Shown: piece after piece, positions 13,392-48,890 of the stretch
Layout: every line of letters starts with the position of its first letter
Numbering within the stretch: position 1 is the stretch's first letter
Assembly (NCBI RefSeq): GCF_964204645.1
Contig: NC_134034.1
Coordinates: 1,984,072 to 2,048,071 of the forward strand
Source of the DNA: Tubulanus polymorphus
Taxonomy: Eukaryota > Animalia > Nemertea
Length of the DNA stretch: 64,000 nucleotides
Direction: 5' to 3'
Notes under the pieces: generated by a model
What the model saw: the letters and a program-made list of their open reading frames with translations, nothing else
Told to the model about the DNA's origin: nothing
The model's database searches: none
Made by a program: the position numbers and the translations under genes

Positions 13392-13607
13392 CTATTACGC
13401 GTGCAGCAACAATGCGATCGATGCGTTACCCATGACGACGACAACAATTGAACACAAATTCTGGCCTACATTTTTTTTTAACCCGGAAACTCTGATTGTA
13501 ATTGTTTCGTCCGAAACTAAGAAGCCCTCGGCTAATCTACTTTCTTTCCGAAATGAAGAATTTTCCTTCCAACCCTGACCCCCCGGACTTTAGAATATTC
13601 GATGATC

Positions 13608-36395
<22,788 letters not shown>

Positions 36396-37342
36396 GATCG
36401 TGTGTGTGTGTGTGTGTTTTGAAATTATCCTCTCCGCGAAAGAAGATTTATTTATTTATCGCGCGTCGTTTGTCGTCAATCCGGTTCGCGTAAAATCCTA
36501 ATTCGAGACACGAAAAGAGAGTTCTTAAAAAAATGCTAATTTCAAGGCATGAACACAAACAAACATAATCAGGTAGGGCATGATGGCTGCTGGCTGATGG
36601 CCTGCTGGCTGCTTACAGCGTGCAGTCAACACTTCAAAGGCCGTGGCCAGTCGTGAGGTTCAAGACAAAGTCCGAAAAGGTTAGTTTTGAGAAACCACGT
36701 GGAAACATAAACAAACAGACAGGCTTTGGTGGTATTCAACTGTGAACGGATCATATTGTGTTGTAATTAGGGTTGTATATTTTACCAAATTCACCTGCGG
36801 TACCAAAATTTACAAATATTTCGTTTGCAGCAAAATAATTATACCCTTTCTCGGTTTTTTCTTCAGACAGAATCAGAAAGAGTAATTTAATTATGCATGC
36901 AATTTGATTTTTAGCTGCAATTTCTGGAGGCCTACTTTACTTACCTTTTTCCAGCGTTGCAATCAGTCAAATGGCTGGGTGAGGGACTAAGGTAACGACG
37001 GTCCGATTCCACGAAGAAGAAGTTACAAATCGAAAACAAATTTGTGCTTCAAATTATCGTCAATTTGAGATGTGAAGAAGTACAGACACGAGCGAAATCG
37101 GAACAGACTAAAAACCAACGATGTGTCAAACTCTGAACCAGGAAGTAAAATAATTTTAGAGTCGCTTCGATTTCGACGGGATAGCGCTAAGGCACTAGCG
37201 ATTTAGGCTCGCGAATGCCAAAATCGGGTTCCTGGCTAGAGATCGGCGGAATTTCGGACGTTTTCGGCGACCGAAATGCGTAATTTGATCGAAAAATGGA
37301 GAAAAATTACTCACCGAAAATTTATTCAGCGGCCATATTTAT

Positions 37343-37360
37343 CCGCAGTGCACTGTGGGA
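37343..37360 (-). promoter_or_regulatory. Staf/ZNF143-like binding site in the Khc-GLB1 bidirectional promoter
   Basis: TCCCACAGTGCACTGCGG on the minus strand resembles the SBS consensus YCCCAnnATGCAYYRCR. It is adjacent to a candidate Khc non-coding exon whose GTGAGT donor is at 37309-37314. Confidence 0.5.
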
Positions 37361-37808
37361 TTAACGGCGCGTTGGATAATGGGACTACGTCATAGTTTTT
37401 TTAAATAAAATACTATTTATTTTCATCTTCATTTGAAATTTATTGTTATATCATTTTCTAACCATTTCATTGTTCAAAATCTGAAATATAATGTTCTAAA
37501 GTTAGGTACGGATCAATAAAGATAACGATTGAATCGGCAGTCGCGGGTTGTTTCCGGGATTCGATTTCAACGTGAAAATTGAAAATTTAGATTCATTCAG
37601 CAAAAGTACAACATATGAATTCAACATATGAATTTAAAAAGAAAATAAAACGTCGATGACCGCGATTAAATCGGGATTCGAAACCAAGCAGATGAATATC
37701 CTGACTAGACTGGTTGCCGGTGTGAAGATAGAGACCGGTAACCAGTCTGGGAGCGCACATGTGACATACATGCGGACATGTCACGAGTTCCAGTCACATG
37801 ATTCTAAA

Positions 37809-40800
37809 ATGGCGGATGCACGGAATGAAAATATTTTGACATCTAGTTTGAAAGTTTTGTTGATTTTGGTCGTGACAGCTTATCAAGTAAGTTGTAAACT
37901 GTTCTAAATGTTGCGTTTCATTAATTGAAGCCTTAAAGATTAGAATTAGGGTTTGCTTTTAAACATGTTTTAAGAGAAGTTTAATATTGGTCTAGTCAGT
38001 AACCTGTCTGTGGTAGTTTCACGATCGGATATTTTCACAAGCCCATCCGATAATAAAAAGCTTACCACCAACGATTAGGTAACTAACTCTGATTGGTCTA
38101 ACTGCAGTTTGGGTCACCTATCCACTGGGTGGCGCTAGTGTTAGGGGATGAATTAGATGCTAATTTTGTGTTTAGTTTTTTTCAGTTTAGAATAGGATCC
38201 CTCCTATTACCTGTACATAGATTTTCTAATCTCCATCTACCTAGAAACGAAAGAATGTGCCCAATCTGCAATGTTTTTGGGGATGAATTACATTTTCTCT
38301 TTGATTGTAAGATTCTTACCAAACTTCGCAATTCCATTCCGAATTTAGAAACATTTAGAAACTTTGATACATTAAAAACTCCAAATTTTCAATAAGCACA
38401 ATTTATAAAGGATGGTTTAGATGTATATAGATCCCTCCTGTAGTCTGTCAATTGTAAATAGTACACTGTATTTGTATATATTGTAAATACCCTTGTTATG
38501 TTTTTAAAATATTTTTTATTTTTCGATATGTAAATACTTGTAAACAAAATCATATTTTTTCCTCCATCTTATCTTATCTTATCTTTATAGTGTTATGGTA
38601 AGGTTAGGTACCTAACCACTAGGGACACCTAAACTGCAGTCGTTCCCAATGATTTATCATTTCGTCTTAATTTCCAGGTATCGGCCGCATCCAATGAACG
38701 ATCATTCACAATCGACTACGAGAAAGAGACGTTCGTTAAAGATGGCGTTCCTTTCCGTTATGTATCTGGAAGCCTCCACTACGCTCGCGTTCCGAGTTAT
38801 TACTGGCGGGATCGGTTAACCAAAATGTTCGCTGCCGGACTCGACGCGGTTCAAACGTAAGTCTGACCAGGCGATTATTTAGGTAGAGGGTCATCTGACG
38901 GGAGGAATCTGATATAGTGTTAACCCTTTCAGTTCTGATTGGATACCGAAATGTAGATGATTTGAAATTTCAGTGCGTATACACCGCAGTGCGGTGTACG
39001 AATCGGTGATGGATTTTGCTAGTACACCGCGCTGCGGTGTATTGGTATAATTAGTAATTAGTTTTAATCCCTATTGAAAGATGGCAGCAGCTGTCAAACC
39101 TAGTGAAATATTAGTAACTAACGATACACCGCGCCGCGGTGTAGACGCACTACAGTGCTATTCCCCTTATTCAACACACTAGGGTGGAATTTTTCAAAAT
39201 TTTCAAATTATCTCCAGCACTATAGGGTATCAATTAGTCAGCACTGAAAGGGTTAATGGGCATGCTTGCATCTTTTTAAATTCATTATTATTATTTTTAT
39301 GATTATGATTATTTTGTAGGTATGTACCGTGGAACTTCCATGAAACATTCCCGGGCGAGTATAACTTCCAAGGCGATCATGATTTGATCCAGTTCGTGCG
39401 AACGGCTCAGGACGTCGGTTTGCTGGTGATATTGCGCGCCGGTCCCTACATCTGTGGAGAATGGGAATTCGTGAGTATTCAGGAAGAGCTAATTTCAGGA
39501 TTTGTAGGATGAGTTCCAGGGGCAGACTTTTAACCCTTTCAGTGCGTCTACACCGCAGTGCGGTGAACGAATCAGTGATGGATTTTGCTAGTACACTGTT
39601 GTTGCTGTGTATTGATTTAATTAGTAATTACTAATTATCTCTCTTGAAAGATGGCAGCACCTGTCAAACATAGTGAAATAGTAGTTACTAACGATACACC
39701 GCGCCGCGGTGTAGACGCACTTTCGTGGTATTCCTGTTATTCAACACACTAAGGTGGAATTTTTCAGAATTTTCAAATTATCTTCAGCACTATAGGGTAT
39801 TAATTAGCCAGCACTGAAAGGGTTAATGGAATAAAGAAATATGAAATATGAATAGCAAGGACGTACAGTTAAAAAGCCTGCATGCAAAGCCAAAGCAGAA
39901 GTCTGGATAAGTTAGAAATTCCAGTGCATTGTCATACAATATCCAGGCACATGAGGGACATTATAGAGAATAAGCTGAATTTTGCGCTGTGTACTGCTGT
40001 TAATTGTGGGTTGATAAAGTGCCATCATATTTTCAAGAGGTACAGTAGAATTGCGACAGGAGCACGTGCTTCTTAGGCTGCTGTCTGGATCTGCCCCCAA
40101 TTTATGAACATTTTTTGAAACGATGACCGAAAATGAAAAATGAAAGTGTTAATGGTTCAGTAAAACACTCTGATAACGTAGTGAATTCTATCATAGGTTT
40201 TTACTCCCCTCAAAGTGAACATTTCATTGTCAAAATGTATTCTGAATTGTGAAGATATATTCACATGATTTCTGATTCTTAATTTTATGTTTTTTTCTAT
40301 TTCAGGGCGGCTTTCCCGGCTGGTTGTTGAAACATAATTCATCGATGGTTTTGCGAACAATGGACCCGGGTAAATCGAAATTGAAACCGAGTCCGAATTC
40401 GTCATTTCCTGGATGATCTTAGAAATACGTTTTTCCGAATTCTGTTTTCTAGGATATCTCGCGCCGGTCGGTCGTTGGCTGAGCGTACTATTGCCGAAAA
40501 TCCGTCCACATTTGTATTCGAACGGAGGACCGATCATTATGGTTCAGGTATAGTTTATTCGACTAAAACTCGCAAAAAAATCACATGTTGGGCCTGATTT
40601 CAAGGACTAAGTTTTCCCTAGGGATAGATCGCAAATCGGGGCCAGGGTTTATGGACTAGGTGTTGTGCCCCCTTGAAATAAATGCTTAACCTGGGCCTGG
40701 TTTTAGAAACTGGGTAGTAAAGTTATCCCTAGTGAAAAATCCTCAAGCTGGGCCCAGTTTCACAAAAAAGTTTAACTCAAATTGTTGGTGTAATTGCCAT

Positions 40801-43800
40801 TGGACACTTTATATTTTCAATGAGGAAAAGAATTCAAACTTAACTGATTTAAGCTTAAACTTTTTCGTGAAACTGGGCCCAGGACCTGGTTTTATAGACT
40901 GCCTGGGTATCAAGGTTATAGACTAAGTTATCTCTTGGGATAGATCCTCAATCTGGACCAGGTTTTATAGTCAAAGTTATTCCTAGGGATCAAAGTTATT
41001 CCTAGAGACAAATCTATAACTTATCAACAATCAGATGACAAACCATGGAAATAACTGAAAGATTCTGAAATATTTCAAGGGAAAACACTTTTATTTTTGC
41101 TGTAGCCCGAGAATGAATACGGAAGCTGGTACGCTTGCGATCACCGTTACATGCAATATCTCTACGACACGTTCTCGCTTTATCTGAAAAACGAGGTCGT
41201 TCTCATGACGACCGACGGCTGTATCGACCTTGACCTTAAATGCGGCGGCGTCAAGGGCAAGATGTACGCGACGATCGACTTCGGTCCAAGTAAGAGTTTG
41301 TGACGTGATTTGCTGCACTTCTGCACCAGGAAACTGGAAACTGAGCTATCTTTTTGACAATTGACCTAACATTATAACCGAGCTTTACAAATGACAAACG
41401 GCCGTTTCAAGGGCTATCTTGGGCTCGTGTCCTATTGGGTCGCTGGGCTTTTGGGGTTATTCTAAATGGTGCAGGGTTGGTACCATTTTACATATCTTCT
41501 GATTGTTCCACTTTTGGTAATCTACATGGTCCACAAAGGGAGATTTGACTTGAGCGGAGTCTACTGCACCATCCGACTCAAATATCTCTCTCAAGTCAAA
41601 AGATCTGACATGAGTGGAGTCTGTACCATCCAACTCAGATATCACTCTCAAATCAAAAGATCAGACTTGAGCGGAGTCTACTGTACCATCCAACTCAGAT
41701 ATCACTCTCAAAGTCAAAAGATCAGACTTGAGTGGAGTCTACTGTAACCATCCAACTCAGATATCACTCTCAAGTCAAAACATGTGGCTTGAGCGGAGTC
41801 TACTGTACCATCCAACTCAGATATCACTCTCAAAGTCAAAAGATCAGACTTGAGTGGAGTCTACTGTAACCATCCAACTCAGATATCACTCTCAAATCAA
41901 AAGATCTGGCTTGAGCGGAGTCTACTGTACCATCCAACTCAGATATCACTCTCAAGTCAAAAGATCAGACTTGAGCGGAGTCTACTGTATCATCCAACTC
42001 AGATATCACTCTCAAGTCAAAAGATCAGACATGAGTGGAGTCTGTACCATCCAACTCAGATATCACTGTCAAGTCAAAAGATCAGACTTGAGCGGAGTCT
42101 ACTGTACCATCCAACTCAGATATCACTGTCAAGTCAAAAGATCAGACTTGAGCGGAGTCTACTGTACCATCCAACTCAGATATCACTCTCAAATCAAAAG
42201 ATCCGACTTGAGCGGAGTCTACTGTACCATCCAACTCAGATATCACTCTCAAATCAAAAGATCTGGCTTGAGCGGAGTCTACTGTATCATCCAACTCAGA
42301 TATCACTCTCAAGTCAAAAGATCCGACTTGAGCGGAGTCTACTGTACCATCCAACTCAGATATCACTCTCAAGTCAAAAGATCCGACTTGAGCGGAGTCT
42401 ACTGTACCATCCAACTCAGATATCACTCTCAAATCAAAAGATCTGGCTTGAGCGGAGTCTACCTTACCATATAACTCGGATATCACTCTCAAGTCAAAAG
42501 ATCAGACTTGAGCGGAGTCTACTGTACCATCCAACTCAGATATCACTCTCAAAGTCAAAACATCTGACTTGAGCGGAGTCTGCTGTACCATCCAACTCAA
42601 ATATCACTCTCAAAGTCAAAAGATCAGACTTGAGCGGAGTCTACTGTATCATCCAACTCAGATATCACTCTCAGATCAAAAGATCTGACATGAGTGGAGT
42701 CTGTACCATCCAACTCAGATATCACTCTCAAATCAAAAGATCTGGCTTGAGCGGAGTCTACTGTACCATCCAACTCAGATATCACTCTCAAATCAAAAGA
42801 TCCGACTTGAGCGGAGTCTACTGTACCATCCAACTCAGATATCACTCTCAAAGTCAAAACATCTGACTTGAGCGGAGTCTGCTGTACCATCCAACTCAAA
42901 TATCACTCTCAAAGTCAAAAGATCAGACTTGAGCGGAGTCTACTGTATCATCCAACTCAGATATCACTCTCAGATCAAAAGATCTGACATGAGTGGAGTC
43001 TGTACCATCCAACTCAGATATCACTCTCAAATCAAAAGATCTGGCTTGAGCGGAGTCTACTGTACCATCCAACTCAGATATCACTCTCAAAGTCAAAACA
43101 TCTGACTTGAGCGGAGTCTACTGTACCATCCAACTCAAATATCACTCTCAAAGTCAAAAGATCAGACTTGAGCGGAGTCTACTGTAACCATCCAACTAAG
43201 ATATCACTCTCAGATCAAAAGATCTGACATGAGTGGAGTCTGTACCATCCAACTCAGATATCACTCTCAAAGTCAAATATCTGACTTGAGCGGAGTCTAC
43301 TGTAGTTAATTCCATGGTTTTCATTATTTATAAAAACTACTAAATAAGGACCCAACGGGTTGATTTCTACCATTATCAGGATTCAAATCGAATTCGACCG
43401 AAAAATTGGTTCAAAAGCAGAAATATTATTTTAGCCGGAAAATGAATACGGAAGTTGGTTTGCGTGCGACCACGAGTACATGCGATATCTGCACGATTCG
43501 TTCAAACTGTATCTCCATGACGACGTATTGTTGTACACGACGGACGGTTGCAGCGCGCGTGATATGAAATGCGGAGGTCTCGCCGGGCAGATGTACGCGA
43601 CTGTCGATTTTGGCCCGGGTCGTAAGTAACGCCTCGCCCAGGGTGGCGCCACTGTCCTGGAAAGCCTGCAAAATGCATTTAATATTAAGATGAATTTGGA
43701 AAAATCAGGGAAACCTTAGAAAATAAGTCAAATTTTACCGAAAACCGTTACTTTACCATTACGCGATTCATAAAAAATTAATTAATTTCAACCCTAGAAA

Positions 43801-46800
43801 TTTCTGCCATCGAATAAGAAAAATTTGATTCACTCGAGACCCTTCCATCCCTGCCCCTAAATAAGAGAAATTTGATTTCGTCTGGACACCCATACCCTCG
43901 TCCTGTTAGTGCACATAATATCCAGGGCCACGTTTTATAGACTGGTATTACCTTTAACCCATAGGCTAACTGAATTCATTATCAATTGAGTTAGCCCTAG
44001 TTAAAGATAATACCAGTCTCATCAGATTAGAAATTAACCAATTAACACTGCACCTTCAAACAAATTGATCCATCAAATATCAATTCATTTCATGTAAAAT
44101 GTATTTTATCTCTCTTTCTATGCGATGAAACAGCTCATAGCACAAAGAACTGTTTCGATATACAGATGAATTTCAATAGAGGACCTAAGGTAAATAAATC
44201 AACGTTACTGTTAGAAATTGAGGTTGTCGTAGGGGGATTTATGGAGGCAGCCATCTTTTCTAGTAGGGTTCATACATTAAATCAATAGTAGGTTGCTCAA
44301 TGATGTCATAGAGGGATTTATGGAGGCAGCCATCTTTTCTAGAAGGGTTCATACATTAAACCACTAGTAGGTTACTTGATGATGTCATATGGGGATTCAT
44401 GGAGGCAGCCATCTTTTCTAGAAGGGTTCATACATTAAATCACTAGTAGGTTACTTGATGATGTCATATGGGGATTTATGGAGGCAGCCATCTTTTCTAG
44501 AAGCGTTCATAGATTAGATCACTAGTAGGTAACTTGATGATGTCATAGGGTGATTTATGGAAGCAGTCATCTTTTCTAGAAGGGTCTATAGATCAAATCA
44601 CTTGTAGGTAATTTGATAATGTCATAGGGGGATTATTGAGATATCCACCATTTCTGCAATGTCTACGGTCTATAGATGAATTGATAAGTAGGCAATTTGA
44701 TGATGATGTTATAGAGTGATTCGTGGAGGCTGCCATCTTTTCCGCTACTGATGTTTGTTTTTTTGTGCGTGGTTATTTTCAGGTGAATTCCGAGTTTTAT
44801 ACCGGATGGTTGGATCTATGGGGTAAAGCTCATTCTCACACCGATAGTTCAGTTATTGCTAATTATCTCGATCAAATGCTCAAATACGCCAATAATACTA
44901 ACGTAAACATGTAAGTACATCCGAGCGATCGGTCAGGCAGGTTTTGATTCAAGTTTAGGGGCGAACTCTTTAATCGGATCGGAGAATCCATTTTCCTCAA
45001 ATTGTACTCTATTATTGGTCACGAGACTTTTTGGAGTCTCCAGAACCTCCTGACGAGGTGGTGTGATTCGGATTTTGTATGGAGCCAACCGGAGATTTCA
45101 GACGGAGACTTCGGAGGTCAGAGTACGCCCTAGGTCTTCAAGGATTAGCAATTCCAGATTACTAATATTCTACGGGTCGCTCTATCAAGTTTACAGAGTT
45201 TAATCATTATGCTATTCCTGATTAGTAAGCTGGGCATATTCTGATTGAAACAAACGCGATAGAAGAAAATTCCGGATGTGTTAGAGACCAATCAATAAGA
45301 ATGATGAATTCTGGAATTGGTACCGGTATTGGCCAATCAAAACCTGCTTTGATAAAACATAGATAACCTACCAGAATGAACTTCCGTAATGGTTCATCTT
45401 TCTGATTATAGGTACATGTTTGAAGGCGGTACTAATTTCGGTTATTGGAACGGAGCTGAAATGAGACCCTACGTTCCTCAGGTCACTAGTTACGACTACG
45501 ACAGTCCACTCTCAGAAGCCGGTGACCTCACAACGAAATACTTCGCCGTACAGAAAACTATATCTAAGGTATCAGGAATTAACGCAGTTGTGTGGGTTTA
45601 ATTGGACTCTGGATCCAGTTCCACAGTTGTGTGGGTTTAATTGGACTCTGGATCTAGTTCCACAGTTGTGTGGGTTTAATTGGACTCTGGATCCAGTTCC
45701 ACAGTTGTGTGGGTTTAATTGGACTCTGGATCCAGTTCCACAGTTATGTGGGTTTAATTGGACTCTGGATCCAGTTCTACAGTTGTGTGGGTTTAATTCG
45801 TCTCTGGATCCAGTTCCGCAGTTGTGTGGGTTTGATTTGTGTCTGGATCCAGTTCCATAGTTGTGTGGGTTTAATTTAACTCTGAATCCAGTTCCACAGT
45901 TGTGTGGGTTTAATTTGACTCTGAATCCAGTTCCACAGTTGTGTGGGTTTATTTGACTCTGAACCCAGTTCCACAGTTCTGTGGGTTAATTCAATTTGAC
46001 CTCGGATCCAGTTCCACAGTTGTGTGGGTTTAATTTGACTCTGGATCTAGTTCTACATTTTTGCGGGTTTGAATTCATTCGAGATCCAGATCTAATGAGC
46101 TGTTTTACTTTCTCGTATTTCAGTATAAAAGATTGCCGTCTGTTCCGATGCCTAAAAACACTACGAAATACGCGTACGGAAAAGTTCAACTGCGTCTGAA
46201 GTCGACCGTATTAAACATGCTTTCAACTTTATCTCCGAAACCTCCGGTCCTCTCCAAATATCCGTTAACCATGGAACAAATTGATCACGTAAGTTTTGAT
46301 ATAACATAACTAAACTTATATACAAATGTCTCCTTTGAAGCGAAAGAAATATTTTGAATTGAAAAATTCATACTAATTGTAAAATGCACCTGCACATGTA
46401 CTATGAACGTCTGCTTGTCTTACATGCACATGTAACATGTCCTCTGATCGTCTGACATGCACGTGTAACACGTTCTCTAATCAGATGTCAATCTCATGTA
46501 CATGTAAAATCTCTTCCGACTGTTTACCAGTCTTACATATGCATGTAACATGTCCTCTGCTAGGTATCTGTCGGTTTCACATGCACATGTTACATGTCCT
46601 CCCTATGGATCATCCAATGTCTTCTGAAACTGTTGCCTGTCACGCACGTGTAACATGTCGTCCGATCTCTACCTATTTTCTAGTATTACGGTTTCGTGGT
46701 TTATCGACACATTTTGAAGAAAAGTTACACGAAAGCAACATTGAATATTTCTGGTATCAGAGATCGTGGATACGTCCTCGTCAACAGTGTAAGTTACTGA

Positions 46801-48890
46801 TACATCTATAGATCTCTTGATGATGTCATAGGGGGATTTATGGAGGCAGACATCTTTTCTAGAAGTGTCTATAGATAAAATCACTAGGTTGTTTGATGAT
46901 GTCATTGGCTGACTTATGGAGGCAGACATCTTTTCTAAAATCGTCTTTAGATGATATCACTAGGTTGTTTGATGATGTCATAGGGAAATTTATAGAGGCA
47001 GACATCTTTTCTAGAAGTGTTTATAGATCAGATCACTAGTAGGTATAAATTTGATGATGACATTAGTGTTTGAGGCAGTTGCCATCTTTATAGGGATGAG
47101 TTATAGGGAAAATTAAATAGGTTAGATTATTAGACATTTACGTGGTAAATGATTAGATCTATGGAGGCAGCTTTGTTTTATTGATTTTGTCTTGTTACAG
47201 GTGTCTGCCGGGATGGTGGTGCGTGAACACAATCGCGTAATAACCGGCATTACCGTGAAGACCAACGACATCCTGGATATAATCGTCGAAAATCAAGGTC
47301 GAATTGGATTCGCGATCGAAATGCTCGGAGAAATTAAGGTTAGTCGGGTCTAAATTTTTCAAAAACTTTTAGATCAGGTTCCGGTTAAACAGTTCTCTGA
47401 TTAAAACGGCAGAAATGAGCTTATCTAATATCCTTTAGAGTTGAAATTATCTGTGTCTTGATTTGAAGGAAGTCATGAGTCGAGGTTCTTCTTTATGCCT
47501 TGATTCGTGTTTTTTTTTTCAGGGAATCATCTCGAATGTGACGATGAATAAAGATGTACTCACGGATTGGAAAATCTATCCGCTTACGATCGAAAACGCA
47601 GCCCACGACAAAAACCTGCGTTTCGAACCAAAACGGTAACAATTTCGAAGGCAGAATCTGTCAAACATAGTGAAATATTAGTAACTAACGATACACCGTG
47701 TCGCGGTGTAGACGCACTAAAGCGGTCAGCCAGTTATTCAACACACTAAGGTGGAATTTTTCAAAATTCTCAAATGATCTCCAGCACTATAGGGTATTAA
47801 CTAGTCAGCACTGGAAGGGGTAACTCGAACCATTTCTCCTATGAAACCATTGTCAGGTCTGAGTTGTAATGCAGTTCTAATGAATTTTAATCGTTTCAAT
47901 ATTTCCTGAGTAAAAAATATCATAATCTGACTTGAAAGATCCAGTAAACTGCATATTTCGAGATATAACATTTTTTTGAATATGTTTAGGTTTGATGAGA
48001 CAGTGAGGAACACAGTTAAGACGAGTATACTGCTGACACCTGCTTTGTTCGAAGGCACAATTCCAGCAGCTCGCGACGGCAAAAACTATGACACATTCTT
48101 AAAAATGGGTCCTTCTTGGATAAAGGTAATCAACATTAGTCATTCATCCAATAAATTTCATCATTATAATGTCTGGAGTTTGTAGTTCGTTTTCAATTAG
48201 AAATATCTCGGGTGAAGTTCTGAACACATGTGAAAGGTGGACGATCAGTTTTTGAAAGTGTGCTGATAAAATGTCTAATATCTGGTGTTTGTAGCTCATT
48301 TTCAATTAAAAATGTCTCAGATGAAGCACTGAACACATGTGAAGTGTGGACGATCAGTTTTTGAAAGTGTGCTGATAAAATGTCTAATGTCTGGTGTTTG
48401 TAGTTCATTTTCAATTAGAAATGTCTCAGGTGAAGCACTGGACACATGTGAAGTGTGGACGATCAGTTTTTGAAAGTGTGATGATAAACTGTCTAATATC
48501 TGGTGTTTATAGTTCTTTTTCAAATAAAAATATCTGAATTTTTTTCAGGGACAAGTTTTCATCAACGGGTTCAACGTCGGGCGTTACTGGCCGGCGAAAG
48601 GTCCACAGGTCACTCTATATGTTCCAGCTCACATCCTGAAACCGGCTCCCGCGAAAAACTCCGTTTTGATTCTGGAGTTGGAGAGCGCTCCGTGTTCGTC
48701 GTTTCGTCCGCAACCGGAGTGTTCGTTGGAGTTTATCGACTATCCGATCTTGTCGAAACCGAAAGGAACAGCGGCCGGCCGACCTCGACCACATCACAGA
48801 TATCAGCTTCCCGTTACGCGGCGCCGATCTGCGGAATCTTCCGAACCGTGGCGACTTCTCCAAAAATCTGTTCCTCGCAATAAACTCTAG
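37809..48890 (+). CDS. GLB1: Beta-galactosidase, glycoside hydrolase family 35 (GLB1-like), 696/697 aa
   Basis: Exons: 37809-37886, 38678-38856, 39320-39470, 40306-40369, 40453-40547, [41106-41289 or 43435-43621], 44134-44189, 44783-44910, 45412-45568, 46124-46288, 46684-46788, 47201-47338, 47523-47635, 47990-48125, 48549-48890. Features include a signal peptide, [42 protein letters not shown] (acid/base), NSEFYTGW (nucleophile), [19 protein letters not shown] and [14 protein letters not shown]. Confidence 0.95.
38180..38585 (+). mobile_element. 3' fragment of a non-LTR retrotransposon (C-terminal CCHC zinc knuckle) in GLB1 intron 1
   Basis: [13 protein letters not shown]...[20 protein letters not shown], followed by an AT-rich 3' UTR and an (atctt)n tail. 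Confidence 0.7.
38920..39256 (+). mobile_element. piggyBac-like MITE in GLB1 intron 2
   Basis: TTAA-CCCTTTCAG...CTGAAAGGG-TTAA ends with internal acaccgcagtgcggtgt palindromes. Confidence 0.85.
39530..39826 (+). mobile_element. piggyBac-like MITE in GLB1 intron 3
   Basis: Perfect termini TTAA-CCCTTTCAGTGC...GCACTGAAAGGG-TTAA. Confidence 0.85.
40749..40881. mobile_element. ~130-bp MITE (GGGCCCAGTTTCAC termini); second copy at 63390-63522
   Basis: Inverted termini and a shared internal sequence. Confidence 0.75.
41106..41289 (+). CDS. GLB1: GLB1 exon 6a (alternative catalytic acid/base exon, 184 nt)
   Basis: tgtag|CCC...CCA A|gtaaga; encodes [61 protein letters not shown]. Confidence 0.88.
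41540..43305. repeat. ~60-bp tandem satellite (~29 copies) between GLB1 exons 6a and 6b
   Basis: Unit agatcagacttgagcggagtctactgtaccatccaactcagatatcactctcaagtcaaa. Confidence 0.95.
43435..43621 (+). CDS. GLB1: GLB1 exon 6b (alternative catalytic acid/base exon, 187 nt)
   Basis: ttttag|CCG...GGT C|gtaagt; encodes [62 protein letters not shown]. Confidence 0.88.
44225..44745. repeat. ~78-bp satellite array in GLB1 intron 7
   Basis: About 6 tandem units. A further array lies at 46815-47065. Confidence 0.85.
45585..46065. repeat. 39-bp tandem repeat
   Basis: Unit cagttgtgtgggtttaattggactctggatccagttcca repeated about 12 times. Confidence 0.9.
48165..48530. repeat. ~109-bp tandem repeat (about 3 copies) in the last GLB1 intron
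   Basis: Repeated ttttcaattagaaat...gaacacatgtgaag...ggacgatcagtttttgaaagtgtgctgataaaatgtctaat. Confidence 0.8.

Noticed and set aside
41457-42899. Long repetitive ORFs (240 aa, 206 aa and others) on both strands
   Set aside because: They are translations of a 60-bp intronic satellite, open in several frames and broken by indels, with no splice context.
41540-43305. CRISPR-like appearance of regular repeats
   Set aside because: The units are contiguous with no unique spacers, there are no cas genes, and the locus is a eukaryotic intron.
48870-48890. C-terminal NKL of beta-galactosidase as a peroxisomal targeting signal
   Set aside because: It is a weak PTS1 variant, and the protein has an N-terminal signal peptide that would route it to the secretory/lysosomal pathway.
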